DNA of 64,000 nucleotides from positions 2,180 to 66,179 of the forward strand of contig JACPTQ010000049.1 in the NCBI GenBank assembly GCA_016192705.1, written 5' to 3'. The notes under the pieces were generated by a model. It ran no database searches, was not told where the DNA came from, and worked only from the letters and a program-made list of their open reading frames with translations. This document shows positions 29,766 through 39,565 of this stretch, piece by piece. Origin of the DNA: Deltaproteobacteria bacterium. Its GTDB lineage: Bacteria > Myxococcota > JACPTQ01. The translations under genes were made by a program, and so were the position numbers. Position 1 is the stretch's first letter. Every line of letters starts with the position of its first letter.

Positions 29766-30888
29766 ACGACGTGGGCGAGGTGAAGGGTCGATATTCAAGC
29801 GCGGCGACGGGGTGTGGTGCGCGACGATCACCGCTGGGTACGACGAGAACGGGAAGCGGCGACGAGCGGTGTTGTATGGCGACACAAAACAGGCCGTTCA
29901 AGAGAAGCTCGTTCGCGCACAGAGCCAGATGCATTCGGGAACGTTCGTAAGGCCGGACCGAATGAGCGTCGCTGAGTTTCTCAAGGCATGGCTTGAAAAC
30001 TCAGCGCGGCCGTCGGTCCGAAAGACGACGTATACGCGTTATGAGAGCGTCGTCCGGGTTCACCTCGTGCCGCGAATCGGTGGAATCGCGCTCGCGAAGC
30101 TCGATCCGGCGACGGTGCAAGCCATGTATGCGCAAATGGAAAGGGACGGCGCGTCGGCGCGCGCATGTGAAATGACTCACCTCGTGCTCCACCGCGCGCT
30201 CAAGCAGGCATTGAAGTGGACGTACGTTGCTCGAAACGTTTGCGACTCGGTCGACAAGCCTCGCTCGGATGAGCATGAGCTAAACGTGTTCTCAATCGAG
30301 CAAGTCGGTGCGCTCCTTCGCGCGGCCGAGAGCGATCGCCTGCACGCTTTGTATGTCCTTGCGATCGACAGCGGCATGCGCCAGGGCGAGATCTTCGGGC
30401 TTCAATGGGCCGACGTCGATTTGAAGGTGGGAGCGATATCGGTATCGCGAACGCTGGTCGAGGTGAACGGCGAGATCGAACCAGGGGAGCCCAAGAGCAA
30501 GAAGGGAAAACGCCGAATTGATATCTCGCACGCCTCCATCGACGCGCTTCGCGAGCACCGAAAAAGAATGTTCGCTGAAGGATTGAGCGCAGCGCCATGG
30601 GTCTTTTGCGATTCGACGGGCGGTCCGCTTCGCAAGAGCAACTTTCTGCGGCGTTCGTTCCACCCGATCTTGAAACGCGCCGGGCTGCCGCATTGCCGCT
30701 TCCACGACTTGCGGCATAGCAGCGCCGTGCTCATGTTGTCGGAGGGCGTGCACCCGAAGGTCGCGCAAGAGCGGCTCGGGCATTCGCAGATCGGCGTCAC
30801 GATGAATGTCTACACGCATGTCCTTCCGTCCATGCAGCGCGAGGTCGCGGCTAAGTTCGATCGAGTGTTTCAGGCGCTGAAAGAGTAG
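29758..30888 (+). CDS. int: Tyrosine integrase (ICEBs1/phage-like)
   Basis: GMRQGEIFGLQW, RFHDLRHS, ERLGHS, TMNVYTH, N-terminal arm-binding region. Confidence 0.96.
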   Translation: MSKRRGRGEGSIFKRGDGVWCATITAGYDENGKRRRAVLYGDTKQAVQEKLVRAQSQMHSGTFVRPDRMSVAEFLKAWLENSARPSVRKTTYTRYESVVRVHLVPRIGGIALAKLDPATVQAMYAQMERDGASARACEMTHLVLHRALKQALKWTYVARNVCDSVDKPRSDEHELNVFSIEQVGALLRAAESDRLHALYVLAIDSGMRQGEIFGLQWADVDLKVGAISVSRTLVEVNGEIEPGEPKSKKGKRRIDISHASIDALREHRKRMFAEGLSAAPWVFCDSTGGPLRKSNFLRRSFHPILKRAGLPHCRFHDLRHSSAVLMLSEGVHPKVAQERLGHSQIGVTMNVYTHVLPSMQREVAAKFDRVFQALKE

Positions 30889-30893
30889 CCCTG

Positions 30894-30916
30894 AGTTTGG
30901 CTACAGTTTGGCTACA
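30894..30916. repeat. Tandem 11-bp direct repeat, candidate integrase arm-type sites
   Basis: AGTTTGGCTAC x2 between the integrase stop and the tRNA. Confidence 0.65.
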
Positions 30917-30990
30917 AATTGAAGTTTTGTGCTGCGATTCGCCGACGCCGGATTCGGCGCAACTGGTGTATTTTATTCACTAAATGAAAA

Positions 30991-31064
30991 CGGGGACGAG
31001 ACGATTCGAACGTCCGACCGACGGTTCCGTAGACCGTTGCTCTATCCAGCTGAGCTACGTCCCC
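30991..31064 (-). tRNA. tRNA-Arg(ACG)
   Basis: GGGGACGTAGCTCAGCTGGATAGAGC-A-ACGGT-CTACGGA-ACCGT...GTTCGAATC...CGTCCCCG cloverleaf. CCA not encoded. Confidence 0.97.
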
Positions 31065-31069
31065 AAAAA

Positions 31070-31190
31070 AACGAGCGCCAACACCGCGTCTGCGGCGTTA
31101 CCTGCGTCGCTCGGGCACTCAGCGTACATCTGAGTACAGCTTCGTGCCCTCGCTCCTTGGTGCCTTGCAGCCGCAGCGTTTCCGCTCGTT
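31070..31190. repeat. Palindromic intergenic repeat, family A, copy 1
   Basis: Long imperfect hairpin homologous to 40665-40789. Confidence 0.8.
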
Positions 31191-31236
31191 TTGCGGCGAA
31201 CGCAGCCCAGTCCAAACACCTCAGAGCCACTCCCGT

Positions 31237-32502
31237 CTACTCTATAATCGTCGCGCCGCCCATGTAGGGCACCAGCGCGTCGGGGATGCGTATCTTACCA
31301 TCTTTCGTCTGATTGTTTTCAAGTACCGCGACAAGCGTTCGCCCCACCGCGAGCGCGCTACCGTTAATCGTGTGTGGAAACCGCGGCTTCCCTTTGCCGT
31401 CGCGAACCCTTACGCCAATGCGTCGCGCCTGATAATCACCGAAATTACTGCACGATGAAATCTCGCGATACTCACCCGGCCCTGGCAACCACACCTCGAG
31501 ATCAAAACACTCGGCCGCGCTAAAACCGATGTCGCCGGTGCATAGATGCATGCGCCGATACGGAAGGCCGAGCGCTTCAAGAATTTCCTCGGCGTGCCGC
31601 GTCAGCGTTTCATGCTCGTCGACCGAAGTTTCGGGCGCGACAATCTTGACGAGTTCGACTTTATTGAACTGGTGCTGCCGAATAAGGCCCTTCGTATCCT
31701 TGCCGTAGCTGCCCGCTTCGCGCCGAAAGCACGGCGTGTACGCCGCGAGCTTTATCGGCAACGTCGTCGCCTCGAGAATTTCATCCTGATAGATGTTCGT
31801 GAGCGGCACCTCCGCCGTCGGCACGAGGAACAGCGCGCCGCCTTCGAGGGAGAACGCATCCTCCTCGAACTTTGGGAGTTGCCCCGTTCCAATCATCGCA
31901 CGCCGATTCACGATAAACGGTGGCAGTGTTTCGTCGTAACCGCGCTCGCGCGCGTGGTCGAGCATGAAGTTGATGAGCGCCCGTTCGAGCCGCGCGCCCG
32001 CGGCCCGCACCAATGTGAACCGGCTCTGCGCGAGCTTTGCCCCGCGTTCAAAATCGAGAATCCCGAGCCGCGTCCCGAGCTCGTCGTGCGTGAGCGGCTT
32101 GAAATCAAACACCGGCAACGCGCCCCAGCGCTTACGCTCGACGTTCTGCGCTGCGTCGGCTCCCCGCGGCACTGACTCGCGCGGGATGTTCGGAATGTAA
32201 AGCAGCTGTTCGCGGAGCGCCTCCTCAACGGTGCGGAGCTCTGTTTCAGCCGCCTTAGCGCGCTCCGACAACCCGCGCATCTCGTCGCGCAGCGCCGCGA
32301 AAGCCGGCGACTTCTTGTCCGCCTTCTGCATCGACTCCGACGCGCGATTCTGCGCCGACCGCGCCACTTCGTACGCTTGAATAAGCTCCTTGCGGCGCCG
32401 CGACAATTCAACGACTTGAGACAAATCGATCGAAGCGCCACGCGCGTCGAGAGCCGCTCGAACGGCCTCCGGGTTGTCGCAAACGAACTTCAGGTCAAGC
32501 AT
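31237..32502 (-). CDS. serS: Serine--tRNA ligase
   Basis: [47 protein letters not shown]. Confidence 0.98.
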   Translation of the reverse strand: MLDLKFVCDNPEAVRAALDARGASIDLSQVVELSRRRKELIQAYEVARSAQNRASESMQKADKKSPAFAALRDEMRGLSERAKAAETELRTVEEALREQLLYIPNIPRESVPRGADAAQNVERKRWGALPVFDFKPLTHDELGTRLGILDFERGAKLAQSRFTLVRAAGARLERALINFMLDHARERGYDETLPPFIVNRRAMIGTGQLPKFEEDAFSLEGGALFLVPTAEVPLTNIYQDEILEATTLPIKLAAYTPCFRREAGSYGKDTKGLIRQHQFNKVELVKIVAPETSVDEHETLTRHAEEILEALGLPYRRMHLCTGDIGFSAAECFDLEVWLPGPGEYREISSCSNFGDYQARRIGVRVRDGKGKPRFPHTINGSALAVGRTLVAVLENNQTKDGKIRIPDALVPYMGGATIIE

Positions 32503-32572
32503 CGAAGCGCGTGACTAACAAACGATCGCCGCGCGCGTCAACGAATCTCGACATCGTTGCCCCGATCGCGCT

Positions 32573-32636
32573 GTGTCGGGGCCCCGACACACACCGCATT
32601 GACAGATGTGAAAATTAGTTCGTATGCTAAATAATT
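32573..32636 (+). promoter_or_regulatory. Sigma70-type promoter of the thiolase gene with overlapping AT-rich palindromic operator and upstream perfect palindrome
   Basis: TTGACA(32599)-N18-TATGCT. Imperfect palindrome AATTAGTTCGTATGCTAAATAATT. GTGTCGGGGCCCCGACAC at 32573-32590. Confidence 0.6.
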
Positions 32637-32677
32637 GAGGCGCACGGGGCGCCGCCGTTACCGAAAGGGGCTAAGTC

Positions 32678-33823
32678 ATGCGTGATGCAGTGATCGTCGA
32701 TGTCGTCCGAACGGCTCGAGGCAAAAAAAAGGGCTCGCTAAAAAACACCCACCCGATGGACCTTCTGGCCCATTGCTACAAAGGCGTCTTGAAGCGAAAT
32801 AATGTCGACGCGAAGCACGTTGACGACGCCATCGCTGGCTGCGTGACGCAAACGAACGAGCAGGGATTGAACATCGGGCGCGGGGCCGTTCTCGCTGCCG
32901 GATTGCCGATGGAAATCCCCGGCACGACGATCAACCGCTTCTGCGGATCGGGACTCCAGGCGATCAATTTCGCCGCGCAGGCGGTCATGAGTGGCGCCGA
33001 GGATGTTGTCCTTGCGGGCGGCGTCGAGTCGATGACGCGCGTCATGATGGGCAGCGATTTTGGGCCACCGCCAACGTCTCTCACCGAAAAATACGCGCTC
33101 GTTCCGCAGGGTATTTCGGCGGAAATGGTTGCCGAAAAGTGGGGAATCTCGCGTGAGGAGTGCGATCGCTTCGGATACGAGTCGCAACGGAAGGCGGTTG
33201 CGGCGATTGAGGCCGGAAAGTTCAAAAATGAAATCCTCGCGATCGAAGTCGAGAACGACGACGGCACGAAGCGACTCTTCGACAGCGAGGAACATCCGCG
33301 CCCCGACGCATCGGTCGAGAAAATGGGAACGCTGATGCCGTCCTTCAAGCCGGATGGCGTCATTACGGCGGGGAATTCGTCGGGAATCGTCGATGGCGCA
33401 GCGGTCGCGCTTGTCATGACGTCCGACAAGGCCAAATCGCTTGGTCTCAAGCCGCGCGCGCGTGTCGTCTCGATGGCGATCGTCGGGAGCGAGCCGGTCA
33501 TCATGTTGACGGGCCCTATGCCCGCGACCGAACTCGCGCTCAAAAAGGCTGGGCTCCGCATGGACCAAATCGATTTGTACGAAGTGAACGAAGCGTTCGC
33601 GCCGGTGCCGATCGCCTGGACGCGCGATATGAAGGCCGACCCCGCAAAGCTCAATGTGAATGGCGGCGCCATCGCGCTTGGACATCCGCTCGGCGCAACG
33701 GGGTGCATTCTCACGGGGACGATCATCGGCGAGCTCGAGCGGCGCAAGGCGCGCTACGGCCTCGTGACGCTGTGCATCGGCTACGGGATGGGGATCGCGA
33801 CGATTTTCGAGCGGCTGGGTTAA
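32678..33823 (+). CDS. Acetyl-CoA C-acyltransferase (thiolase)
   Basis: INRFCGSG, NEAFA, GGAIALGHPLGATG, LCIGYGMG. Confidence 0.96.
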   Translation: MRDAVIVDVVRTARGKKKGSLKNTHPMDLLAHCYKGVLKRNNVDAKHVDDAIAGCVTQTNEQGLNIGRGAVLAAGLPMEIPGTTINRFCGSGLQAINFAAQAVMSGAEDVVLAGGVESMTRVMMGSDFGPPPTSLTEKYALVPQGISAEMVAEKWGISREECDRFGYESQRKAVAAIEAGKFKNEILAIEVENDDGTKRLFDSEEHPRPDASVEKMGTLMPSFKPDGVITAGNSSGIVDGAAVALVMTSDKAKSLGLKPRARVVSMAIVGSEPVIMLTGPMPATELALKKAGLRMDQIDLYEVNEAFAPVPIAWTRDMKADPAKLNVNGGAIALGHPLGATGCILTGTIIGELERRKARYGLVTLCIGYGMGIATIFERLG

Positions 33824-33832
33824 GAAAAAAGA

Positions 33833-33886
33833 TTCACCACGGAGGCACTCGGGCACGGAGAATATGGTATCTTCCGTGCCCCGTGG
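33833..33886. repeat. Short palindromic CCACGGAGGCACT-type repeat
   Basis: CCACGGAGGCACTCGGGCACGGAG...TTCCGTGCCCCGTGG. Related to 57231-57268. Confidence 0.55.
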
Positions 33887-34626
33887 CGCTCCTAAAGCCA
33901 AAAGATTACGTCACCTGCCTGAACGTCGCCTGCGGATTTGGGTCGATGGTTCTCTCGCTCAAGTCGATGCTCGATTGGGCGGCCTATCTCATCGTCATCG
34001 GATACATCTTTGACGTTCTCGACGGCGTCGTCGCGCGCTTCACGGGCGGCGGCAACAAATTCGGCGCGGAGCTCGACAACACCGCGGACCTCATCACGTA
34101 CAGCATCGCGCCCGCCGTCCTCGCAACCGCGCACTACGACCAATGGACTGACGCCTTCGGCTATTACACGCTCCCGGTCGCCGCGCTCGTCGGCCTGTTT
34201 CCGATTCTCTTTGGGACCATTCGATTCGCGCGCTTCAACGTCAAGCGAATCGAGTACCCCGGGGTTTGGTTCGGCGCCCCGCGACCCGCAACCGGGCTTG
34301 CCATCGCCGCTTTCCTTTCGTCGCGCATCTTCGCAACTGACGCGGGGCATTGGGCCGGCCTCGCGCTCATTCCAGCGTTGTCCGTTATGAACATCGCGCT
34401 CTGGCCGGTCGTCGGACACCACAATCGAAAATTCCACCCGCTCGTCAAACTCTTACTCTTTGTCGTGGCCGCGAGCTGTGCGGCTGGCGCAGCGTTTGGA
34501 TTCATTTGGGACGTACTCATCGGCTGGACGACTCTCTACATCTTTCTGTCGTGGCTCTATGTTTCACCTGACGAGCGCGGGCGAATCCGAGCCTTTGTGG
34601 CGAGCTGGCGAAAATCGGACGGTTAG
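33883..34626 (+). CDS. CDP-alcohol phosphatidyltransferase (PssA-like)
   Basis: FDVLDGVVAR...FGAELDNTADLITY, IRFARFN. Confidence 0.9.
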   Translation: MALLKPKDYVTCLNVACGFGSMVLSLKSMLDWAAYLIVIGYIFDVLDGVVARFTGGGNKFGAELDNTADLITYSIAPAVLATAHYDQWTDAFGYYTLPVAALVGLFPILFGTIRFARFNVKRIEYPGVWFGAPRPATGLAIAAFLSSRIFATDAGHWAGLALIPALSVMNIALWPVVGHHNRKFHPLVKLLLFVVAASCAAGAAFGFIWDVLIGWTTLYIFLSWLYVSPDERGRIRAFVASWRKSDG

Positions 34627-34782
34627 CGCGCTCTCCATGGATCGCGAGACCCCGCACCGCGCCACGATGTCCCACCTGATCACGGGATCGTTTCAAAAAA
34701 ACGGCCTTTTTCATCGAGAATTCTGGCGCAGGCCTTGCTGCTCAAGTTGACCTTACAGGGAAGGAAGAAGGAGGGCCGATAG

Positions 34783-35472
34783 ATGCTCCGCTTTTCGCTC
34801 AATGCAAATCGCTCTGTGTTGCAATTGTTAACATTGCCGACCTTGGTTCTGACGATTGCTGCGGCCGGCTGCGGATCGAACGCACCGGATAACCGTGGAA
34901 GCAATACCGGAACTGGGCCTGGCGGCAACGTTCCGCCAGCGAACGAGACAGCGGCCGACGCGGGCGCGCCGCCTCCATCGACGGCCCTGGATGCCGGGCC
35001 GGTTGTCACACCGGTGGTTGATGCGGGGCCCGCGTACCGCTACGGAAGCTGCTTGCAAACAATGCAGTGCTTCCAAGCGGCGAGCTGCTACGCGACCTCT
35101 TGCTCCGCCGCGTGTCTCAACGATTCGGCGCCCGATATTCGAGACGAGGCGACGGCGCTTCTTTCGTGCGTCGAGGCCAACGGATGCCGCGACAGCATCC
35201 AGTGTATCGGGCAGAAATGCATTTCGGAGGGCAGCGCGTGCGGCCTCGCGGGCGAAGGGACGGCGACTTGTGCGCAGACGTTGACGTGCGCGATCGGTTG
35301 CGACCGAAGTGATACGGGCTGTTACGCGGGATGCCTCGGATCGGCGAGTCCCGCGGCGCGTCAAAAGGTTCAAGCGATTGTCGGATGCGCTGTACAGAGT
35401 GGATGCGGTCAAGACCAGGCCTGCATTTTGTCCCGCTGCGGAACTGAAATTCAAGCCTGTATGGGTTCCTGA
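34783..35472 (+). CDS. Cys-rich lipoprotein
   Basis: Lipobox-like AAGC, DAG linkers, duplicated Cys-rich helical module. Confidence 0.8.
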   Translation: MLRFSLNANRSVLQLLTLPTLVLTIAAAGCGSNAPDNRGSNTGTGPGGNVPPANETAADAGAPPPSTALDAGPVVTPVVDAGPAYRYGSCLQTMQCFQAASCYATSCSAACLNDSAPDIRDEATALLSCVEANGCRDSIQCIGQKCISEGSACGLAGEGTATCAQTLTCAIGCDRSDTGCYAGCLGSASPAARQKVQAIVGCAVQSGCGQDQACILSRCGTEIQACMGS

Positions 35473-35618
35473 TACCGCTTGCAGCGCCACCCCAAACCGA
35501 TCTTTTCAGAGAACAAGAAATCTCGACCGCTTTCATCCCACCGGTCGGCGAGACCGTTATCGCCGCGCCAGAGTCCGTCGTATAATGTTACAGACTTGAA
35601 CGAAGAGAGAGTGCTTGC

Positions 35619-37916
35619 ATGAAGATCGTTTGCGAGAAATGTAACTCCCGCTATTCGCTTTCGGATGACAAGGTCCGCAACATCGGGCGCACGCGATTCG
35701 GTGTGCGTTGCAAGACGTGCGGAAACTTGATCCGCGTGACGGTGATCGAAGCGCCGATCGAGCCGACGCCCGAGGAGCTTCGCGGGTTCACGCCGGCCCC
35801 GCCGCCACCGAAGGAAAAGAGCGGCGTCGATATTTTCGCGGACGCGGATCTCGACGGTGAGTTCGGAAAGGCGTTCGGAGGGCAGTCTGCGTCGCGTGCG
35901 GCGAGCGCGGTCGAGCCGGCGGCCCGCGGGGGAGCGGCATCGGCAGGCCCACCGAGTGCAAGTTTTGGTGCCGCCGGTGCGACGAAGAAAAAACGCGAAG
36001 ACACGAAACTATACGACTACCGAGAGTTTCAATCGCTTCTCAAAGAAAAGGGACTCCTCGGCGCTGCCACCAAACCGAAAACACCACAGGAGCCGGAAGT
36101 CGAATGGTACCTGGCGCTCGACGGACAGCAGACCGGTCCTTACGTGCGCAAGGCCGCGGAGGCGAAAGTCGCGGCCGATGGCGATCTCGCCGAAAATGGT
36201 TTCGCTTGGAAAGACGGCCTCGCGGATTGGCTTCCGATCGTCGACATTCCGGAGTTGAAGGAAGCGGCGCGAAAAGCGATCGCGTCGCGCGTGGCGCCGC
36301 CACCACCCATTTCGGTCGCGCCCGGCGCTCGCCCGGTCGCGCAAGCCGCACAACCGGCGTCGCATCCGGCGGCCGCCGCAAAGCCGCCCGAACCGGCTGC
36401 GCCTCCGGCCGTGGCCACGACAAAAAGCGGTGGCCTCTTCGCTGCCGCCGCGCCTCAAGCCGAACCAGAGGCCCCCAAGGCCCGAAACGAGCAGTCGGTT
36501 CTCTTTTCGTTGGACGCCCTCAAAGCGTCGACGTTTGCGGCCAAGGAAGAGCCGCCCGTGCCAGCAACACCTCCCAAGCCCAGCAACGGCCAGTCAATCG
36601 CGATCGCTGATACAACCTCGACGGCTTCGGCGCCAAGCGTCAACCCTGAGCCCGCGCCACCCGCGGCGGTGAAGCCCGTACCCGCGGCGGCTAAGCCCGT
36701 CATCGCTCGTCCGATCGCAACCCCGATTCAGGTTGGCCGACCGTCTCCGTTCGCAGCAGCGCATCCAAAGACCTCCGCGCCGCGCGCAAAGAGATCGAAT
36801 GGGCTCTGGATAGGACTTGGGATCGCTGTTGTAGCCGGCGGTGGCGCCGCGATCGCGTACTTCGCGGTCCAGCAGAATCCCGCAAAGCCGCAACAACTCG
36901 CCCAAACGTCCGCGGACTCCGATTCTCGCCGAGCCCGAGATGACACGACGGCTCGACCAGCCGGTGACGAAAGAAAGCCAGACGAAACGCGAGTCATGGC
37001 GCCAACTGCGGCTGCGATTTCTGGCCGGGCCGAGATTCAAACCGACGGGCGTGCGGACGCGCGAGAGGCCGCGCGCTTGCCGCTTCCCGAGGGTACCGGC
37101 GCAACGCCCGCCCCGGCTGTGACTGGCAGCAGCGCCAGCCCAGCACAACCGGCCGCTGCGGCTCGGGTCGACGCGCGCGCGACCGAAACACAACGACCCG
37201 CGGTCGCCACCGCCAGACAAGACGACGACGAACCGCGTGATCGCCGACGTCGCCGCGGAAAACGGCGGCACGCCCGCCAGACCGCAGCGGCGTCGTCCAG
37301 AGCAGCGACATCAGCCGCACGCGACACGGCGTCGAGAGCCACCGAATCGTCCACCGAACTCTCCGAAACCCCGGCGCGCATCGCCGTACCACCGGCCAGT
37401 GCGGCGCGGGGTGATGCGGTTCTCGACGACATCTTGGGTGGCGGTGGAAGCAGCTCACCACCGGCTCGCACCACGTTCGCGCGTCCCGCCCGCCGAGCAG
37501 ATGCGCGTCGAGCCGAAGTGCGTGCGGCCCCCGCGCCGCGACGCGAAGAGACAGCTCCTGAACCGCAACCGCGTCAAGACCCGCCCCGCGAACCGGCGCG
37601 TGCCGCCGCCGACTCTTCACTCCCGCGAACACTCGACGGCGCCGATATCAAATCGAAGGTCGAGCGCAATCGCCACCGCGTTAATTTGTGCTACAGCTCA
37701 ACCGTCGCCGACAAAAGCGAAAAAAAGGGGCGCCTCGTCGTGAGCTTCACGATTGAGCGCAACGGCCGACCCTCACGCGTCGGCGTCGATCGCGCCGGCT
37801 ACTGGGGCCCTGAGATGGCGTCGTGCGTGACGACGGCGTTTTCGAAACTCCGTTTCGGCCAATTCTCGGGCGATCCGATCGAGGTTCGCTTCCCGTTCGT
37901 GCTCGGCGATTTCTAG
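35619..37916 (+). CDS. Zinc-ribbon/GYF_2/TM/TonB-C-like protein (AgmX-like)
   Basis: MKIVCEKCNSRY...CKTCG, WYLALDGQQTGP...WKDGLADW, RNEQSVLFSL, TM helix, CY...GRLVVSFTI...C...FPF. Confidence 0.85.
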   Translation: MKIVCEKCNSRYSLSDDKVRNIGRTRFGVRCKTCGNLIRVTVIEAPIEPTPEELRGFTPAPPPPKEKSGVDIFADADLDGEFGKAFGGQSASRAASAVEPAARGGAASAGPPSASFGAAGATKKKREDTKLYDYREFQSLLKEKGLLGAATKPKTPQEPEVEWYLALDGQQTGPYVRKAAEAKVAADGDLAENGFAWKDGLADWLPIVDIPELKEAARKAIASRVAPPPPISVAPGARPVAQAAQPASHPAAAAKPPEPAAPPAVATTKSGGLFAAAAPQAEPEAPKARNEQSVLFSLDALKASTFAAKEEPPVPATPPKPSNGQSIAIADTTSTASAPSVNPEPAPPAAVKPVPAAAKPVIARPIATPIQVGRPSPFAAAHPKTSAPRAKRSNGLWIGLGIAVVAGGGAAIAYFAVQQNPAKPQQLAQTSADSDSRRARDDTTARPAGDERKPDETRVMAPTAAAISGRAEIQTDGRADAREAARLPLPEGTGATPAPAVTGSSASPAQPAAAARVDARATETQRPAVATARQDDDEPRDRRRRRGKRRHARQTAAASSRAATSAARDTASRATESSTELSETPARIAVPPASAARGDAVLDDILGGGGSSSPPARTTFARPARRADARRAEVRAAPAPRREETAPEPQPRQDPPREPARAAADSSLPRTLDGADIKSKVERNRHRVNLCYSSTVADKSEKKGRLVVSFTIERNGRPSRVGVDRAGYWGPEMASCVTTAFSKLRFGQFSGDPIEVRFPFVLGDF

Positions 37917-37917
37917 G

Positions 37918-39555
37918 CTAAAACGAATATCGCGCCTGAACAAAAATCGCGTCGTTGTTGTCGAACAACGCGCCCACCGACGCCGGCTTCCCCTGGCTAT
38001 CGTACTTTCCTTGGTAGACATTGTACCCAGCCGCAATTCGAACAGCCCGCCAAGGCCGATACGACGCGGTTCCGCGAAGGAGGATGTCCTGCAGCGTCAA
38101 ATTCGACATGCCCTGCACCGCGAATTCGAGATCGCCATCGAGCAACGTCCAGCGGATGAGGAAGCCGAGATTCACCATCGACTCCTTGAACAGGACGAGC
38201 GGCTCCGCGGATGTGGTCCCGATCAAGAACGAATGGAGCATCTGCAACTGCGCAAAAAACTTGTCCTCGTAACTGTAGTCCGCGCCAAACACGTACGAGA
38301 ACATGCCAAACCGGCGCGGCACCGCGGTTCCGTCGGACGCCGTGACGTACATTGTTTGCGTGGGCATCCCGCCAAAATCGAGACGCAATCCGAACGATCC
38401 GAGCGTCGTTCCCACGTCCCCGGCCACAACGTGTTGCCGTGAAAAGTACGCCGTGTAGAGCGACTGCCCGGCGCCAACGAGCTGCGCCATCCGAACCGCT
38501 GCCCCCGTCATTCGCGCCGGGTCGGGCTGCGCCTTCTGCGACTCAACGAGGAATGCGACGAGCGCCGGATCCGCAAACGCCTGCGGCACGCGATCCCATC
38601 CGTAGACGTAAGTGATTCCGAAATCGAACCCAGCCTTGTGCGCCTCCAGCCGAAGCCCAACGGTCGAATTCGAAACGGATTCCTCAGGAAGTTGCGTCGC
38701 CATGACGAACGGTTGGAGTTTGTCGACAACCGACGGGTCAACGAGCCCCGTGAGATCGGGCGCCGCGATGACACCGTTCGCGCGCAGAATCGCAAAGTCC
38801 GAACCGTACGCGTACATCTTATGCGGCGTGAAAAACGGCGCCCACGCGAGCGTCGCGCTGTAACCGGACTTCGACACCGTCACCGTCCCCGCGAAAACAG
38901 GTATCTTCACCGGGTCGGTTGCGTCGCCAACCGGTCCCTCGCGAAAATCCATCGGGTTCAAAACGTCGCCCGGTGCAAAAAAATCGTTCGCGCCCCATCC
39001 AAACCGTTGGTTCCCGACACGCAACTTGAGCCACTTCTTCAAATACAGGTCGACATAGATTTCATCCGGCAGCGCCTCGTACTCGTGCCGCACGCGCCCC
39101 GCGCTCGTCAAAATAAAGCCGCCCGACTCGCTTCGCTCGCCGACGGTCCACCAATTGAATCGTCCGCCCACGTACACCTTGGCGTTCTCTCGCCACTGGT
39201 AGTTCACGTAGAGGTGCAGCTTTGATCGAAACTCAAGCACATGCTCCGTTCCGTTTTCGAAATACGGATCGAGCGCAAACCGCCCAAGCAGCGATCCGCC
39301 AAAGTTCGCACGCACAAGCGGCACCGGAGCGTCGTCGCACGGCGGGCAATCGAGTTTCGCGATCGGCGTTTCTTTGAAGACTTCCTTCGGCTTATCAGGC
39401 GCCTTATCACCCTTCGGGCCATCTTTCGGGCACCCACCCTCATCCTCGGGGTCGCAAAACTTTTTCGCATCCTGCGCGCGCGCCCCGCCCGGCGAGAAAA
39501 ACGCAGCCCCCAAAAAAAGCGCGAGACAACGATTTCGCACGCGCCGAGCGTTCAC
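37918..39555 (-). CDS. Outer-membrane beta-barrel protein (DUF1302-like)
   Basis: Signal peptide, RVGNQRFGWGAND...DVLNPMD, C-terminal ARYSF. Confidence 0.75.
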   Translation of the reverse strand: MNARRVRNRCLALFLGAAFFSPGGARAQDAKKFCDPEDEGGCPKDGPKGDKAPDKPKEVFKETPIAKLDCPPCDDAPVPLVRANFGGSLLGRFALDPYFENGTEHVLEFRSKLHLYVNYQWRENAKVYVGGRFNWWTVGERSESGGFILTSAGRVRHEYEALPDEIYVDLYLKKWLKLRVGNQRFGWGANDFFAPGDVLNPMDFREGPVGDATDPVKIPVFAGTVTVSKSGYSATLAWAPFFTPHKMYAYGSDFAILRANGVIAAPDLTGLVDPSVVDKLQPFVMATQLPEESVSNSTVGLRLEAHKAGFDFGITYVYGWDRVPQAFADPALVAFLVESQKAQPDPARMTGAAVRMAQLVGAGQSLYTAYFSRQHVVAGDVGTTLGSFGLRLDFGGMPTQTMYVTASDGTAVPRRFGMFSYVFGADYSYEDKFFAQLQMLHSFLIGTTSAEPLVLFKESMVNLGFLIRWTLLDGDLEFAVQGMSNLTLQDILLRGTASYRPWRAVRIAAGYNVYQGKYDSQGKPASVGALFDNNDAIFVQARYSF

Positions 39556-39565
39556 CGATCTTTGT

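Larger units (their letters stand above)
538..30990. mobile_element. tRNA-Arg-anchored genomic island: satellite/PICI-like core (~20.4-31 kb) plus defence cargo; left boundary uncertain
   Basis: Integrase converges on the tRNA 3' end. Xis, Prim-Pol, DUF3987, TerS-like genes, BREX, helicase and WYL are contiguous. No second att copy found by eye. Confidence 0.55.

Noticed and set aside
1-30990. Second att site (duplicate of the tRNA-Arg 3' end)
   Set aside because: No convincing copy of CGGGGACGAGACGATTCGAA found by eye. Only short chance matches (e.g. ACGATTCG near 5059). The island's left end stays undefined.
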